From the sequence record BH153112.1: 283 nucleotides of DNA. One strand, 5' to 3'. Position numbers and translations under genes: made by a program. How positions within the stretch are numbered: position 1 is the first letter of the stretch; each line of letters starts with the position of its first letter. The notes below the pieces were generated by a model. That model searched no databases. It saw only the letters and a program-made list of their open reading frames with translations, and was not told the DNA's origin. This DNA comes from a phage. Of this stretch, positions 1 through 283 are shown piece after piece.

Positions 1-109
1 TTATGACTACACGGGGAACTACGGTCGCCAGTACCCCGAAAGTATTTGTTACCGGAAAGAAAGCAAGTTCAAATGGCAGATCTCGTGGATGTTTAATTGG
101 TTCAATCAT
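1..109 (-). CDS. 5' portion of a protein-coding gene of unknown function; N-terminal 36 codons visible (MIEPIKHPRDLPFELAFFPVTNTFGVLATVVPRVVI...), continuing beyond the left edge of the window
   Basis: ATG at plus 109-107 on the minus strand is the first canonical start in a frame with no stop through to position 2 (36 codons). An AAGGG Shine-Dalgarno-like motif lies 7 nt upstream. Hand-counted codon-position GC is gene-like: position 1 about 64% (G about 33%), position 2 about 36%, position 3 about 31%. The encoded peptide has normal composition with a hydrophobic stretch. No homology search was possible, so the product is unknown. Confidence 0.45.
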   Translation of the reverse strand, partial: MIEPIKHPRDLPFELAFFPVTNTFGVLATVVPRVVI

Positions 110-116
110 TAGCGCA

Positions 117-121
117 CCCTT
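117..121 (-). promoter_or_regulatory. Putative ribosome-binding site (AAGGG on the minus strand) for the CDS starting at 109
   Basis: Plus-strand CCCTT at 117-121 is AAGGG on the minus strand, giving 4-5 bp of complementarity to the anti-Shine-Dalgarno core. It is separated from the ATG by a 7-nt spacer (plus 110-116), within the usual 5-9 nt range. Confidence 0.4.
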
Positions 122-139
122 ATGATATAGTTTAATGCC

Positions 140-157
140 AGACTCTTGCGCGAGTCT
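140..157. other. Short inverted repeat / potential hairpin (6-bp stem AGACTC / GAGTCT, 6-nt loop TTGCGC); not a convincing intrinsic terminator
   Basis: Read directly: 140-145 AGACTC is the reverse complement of 152-157 GAGTCT. No T-tract follows it on either strand, so a rho-independent terminator is not supported. It lies between the AT-rich block at 121-136 and the large palindrome. Confidence 0.45.
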
Positions 158-204
158 CGTTAGCCGGTTCTTACGGATCGATAAATTCGGCTTTAGCCTT
201 GCAT

Positions 205-239
205 AATTGATGCTTCCAGCGTTTCCGCAAGCATCAATT
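205..239. repeat. 11-bp perfect inverted repeat (AATTGATGCTT / AAGCATCAATT) with a 13-bp spacer; candidate protein-binding palindrome or RNA stem-loop, function unknown
   Basis: Read directly: 205-215 AATTGATGCTT is the exact reverse complement of 229-239 AAGCATCAATT. The spacer 216-228 contains a nested 3-bp stem (219-221 GCG / 226-228 CGC) whose 4-nt loop reads GAAA on the minus strand, a GNRA-type tetraloop. A further 4 bp can pair (201-204 GCAT with 242-245 ATGC) across a 2-nt bulge at 240-241. Confidence 0.7.
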
Positions 240-283
240 CAATGCGTTTACGACATACCCTAACGGATTTCGACGAATCGACG

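Noticed and set aside
82-91. DnaA-box-like CGTGGATGT / ATCCACG
   Set aside because: It matches the 9-mer TTATCCACA at only 6 of 9 positions, occurs once, and lies inside the predicted CDS.
99-107. GGTTCAATC, resembling a tRNA T-loop (GTTCRANYC)
   Set aside because: The flanking 5-nt segments (96-100 and 108-112) cannot pair to form a T-stem, and no acceptor or anticodon arms could be built on either strand.
2-112. Plus-strand ORF in frame 2, open from the window edge to TAG at 110-112, as the C-terminus of a protein
   Set aside because: It is the exact codon-aligned antisense of the favoured minus-strand CDS. Position-1 GC (about 31%) and G (about 14%) are low and position-3 GC (about 64%) is high, the typical shadow-ORF signature, and the peptide is implausibly rich in Trp and Tyr. 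Not excluded; kept as an alternative in the findings.
95-113. Fur-box-like AATCATT core
   Set aside because: Only about 11 of 19 positions match the consensus GATAATGATAATCATTATC when aligned on the core, which is not convincing.
3-125. 40-codon plus-strand ORF (MTTRGTTVASTPKVFVTGKKASSNGRSRGCLIGSIISAPL*)
   Set aside because: The peptide is low-complexity and Ser/Thr/Gly/Arg-rich. Second-position GC (about 64%) is atypical for genes. No RBS can be assessed because the ATG sits at position 3. It looks like an out-of-frame overlap of the real gene.
140-157. Hairpin as a rho-independent (possibly bidirectional) terminator between convergent genes
   Set aside because: The stem is only 6 bp and no T-tract follows it on either strand.
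135-206. Small ORF of 23 codons (MPDSCASLVSRFLRIDKFGFSLA*) on the plus strand
   Set aside because: No Shine-Dalgarno-like sequence lies upstream of the ATG (the AT-rich TTATGATATAGTTTA precedes it), and it is too short for codon statistics. Short ORFs like this are expected by chance.
207-237. TTGAT ... ATCAA half-sites resembling the FNR/CRP-family consensus TTGAT-N4-ATCAA
   Set aside because: The half-sites are separated by 21 bp rather than 4, so this is not a canonical FNR site. They are simply part of the larger palindrome.
210-263. Small ORF of 17 codons (MLPAFPQASIQCVYDIP*) on the plus strand, overlapping the palindrome
   Set aside because: It has no RBS and sits inside the inverted repeat. 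It is most likely a chance ORF.
1-283. CRISPR repeats, IS terminal inverted repeats, or integron attC core sites (GTTRRRY)
   Set aside because: There are no repeated units of 25 nt or more and no transposase-like ORF. GTTAGCC (159-165) and GTTAGGG (minus strand) do not fit the GTTRRRY core, and no paired inverse core is present.

Overview
The most defensible reading of this 283-bp window (about 45% GC by hand count) is the 5' end of a minus-strand protein-coding gene (ATG at 109-107, reading leftward off the window), preceded by about 170 bp of apparently non-coding sequence (110-283). That upstream stretch carries three inverted repeats able to form stem-loops, an AT-rich block with -10-like hexamers, and short direct repeats. 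I see no tRNA, rRNA, CRISPR array, IS/transposon ends or integron attC site. I do not recognise the encoded protein or any named system, and nothing here demonstrates a novel one. The most unusual element is an 11-bp perfect inverted repeat at 205-239. Strand assignment of the coding region is uncertain because all three frames touching positions 1-110 are open. All counts were made by hand and no database search was possible.
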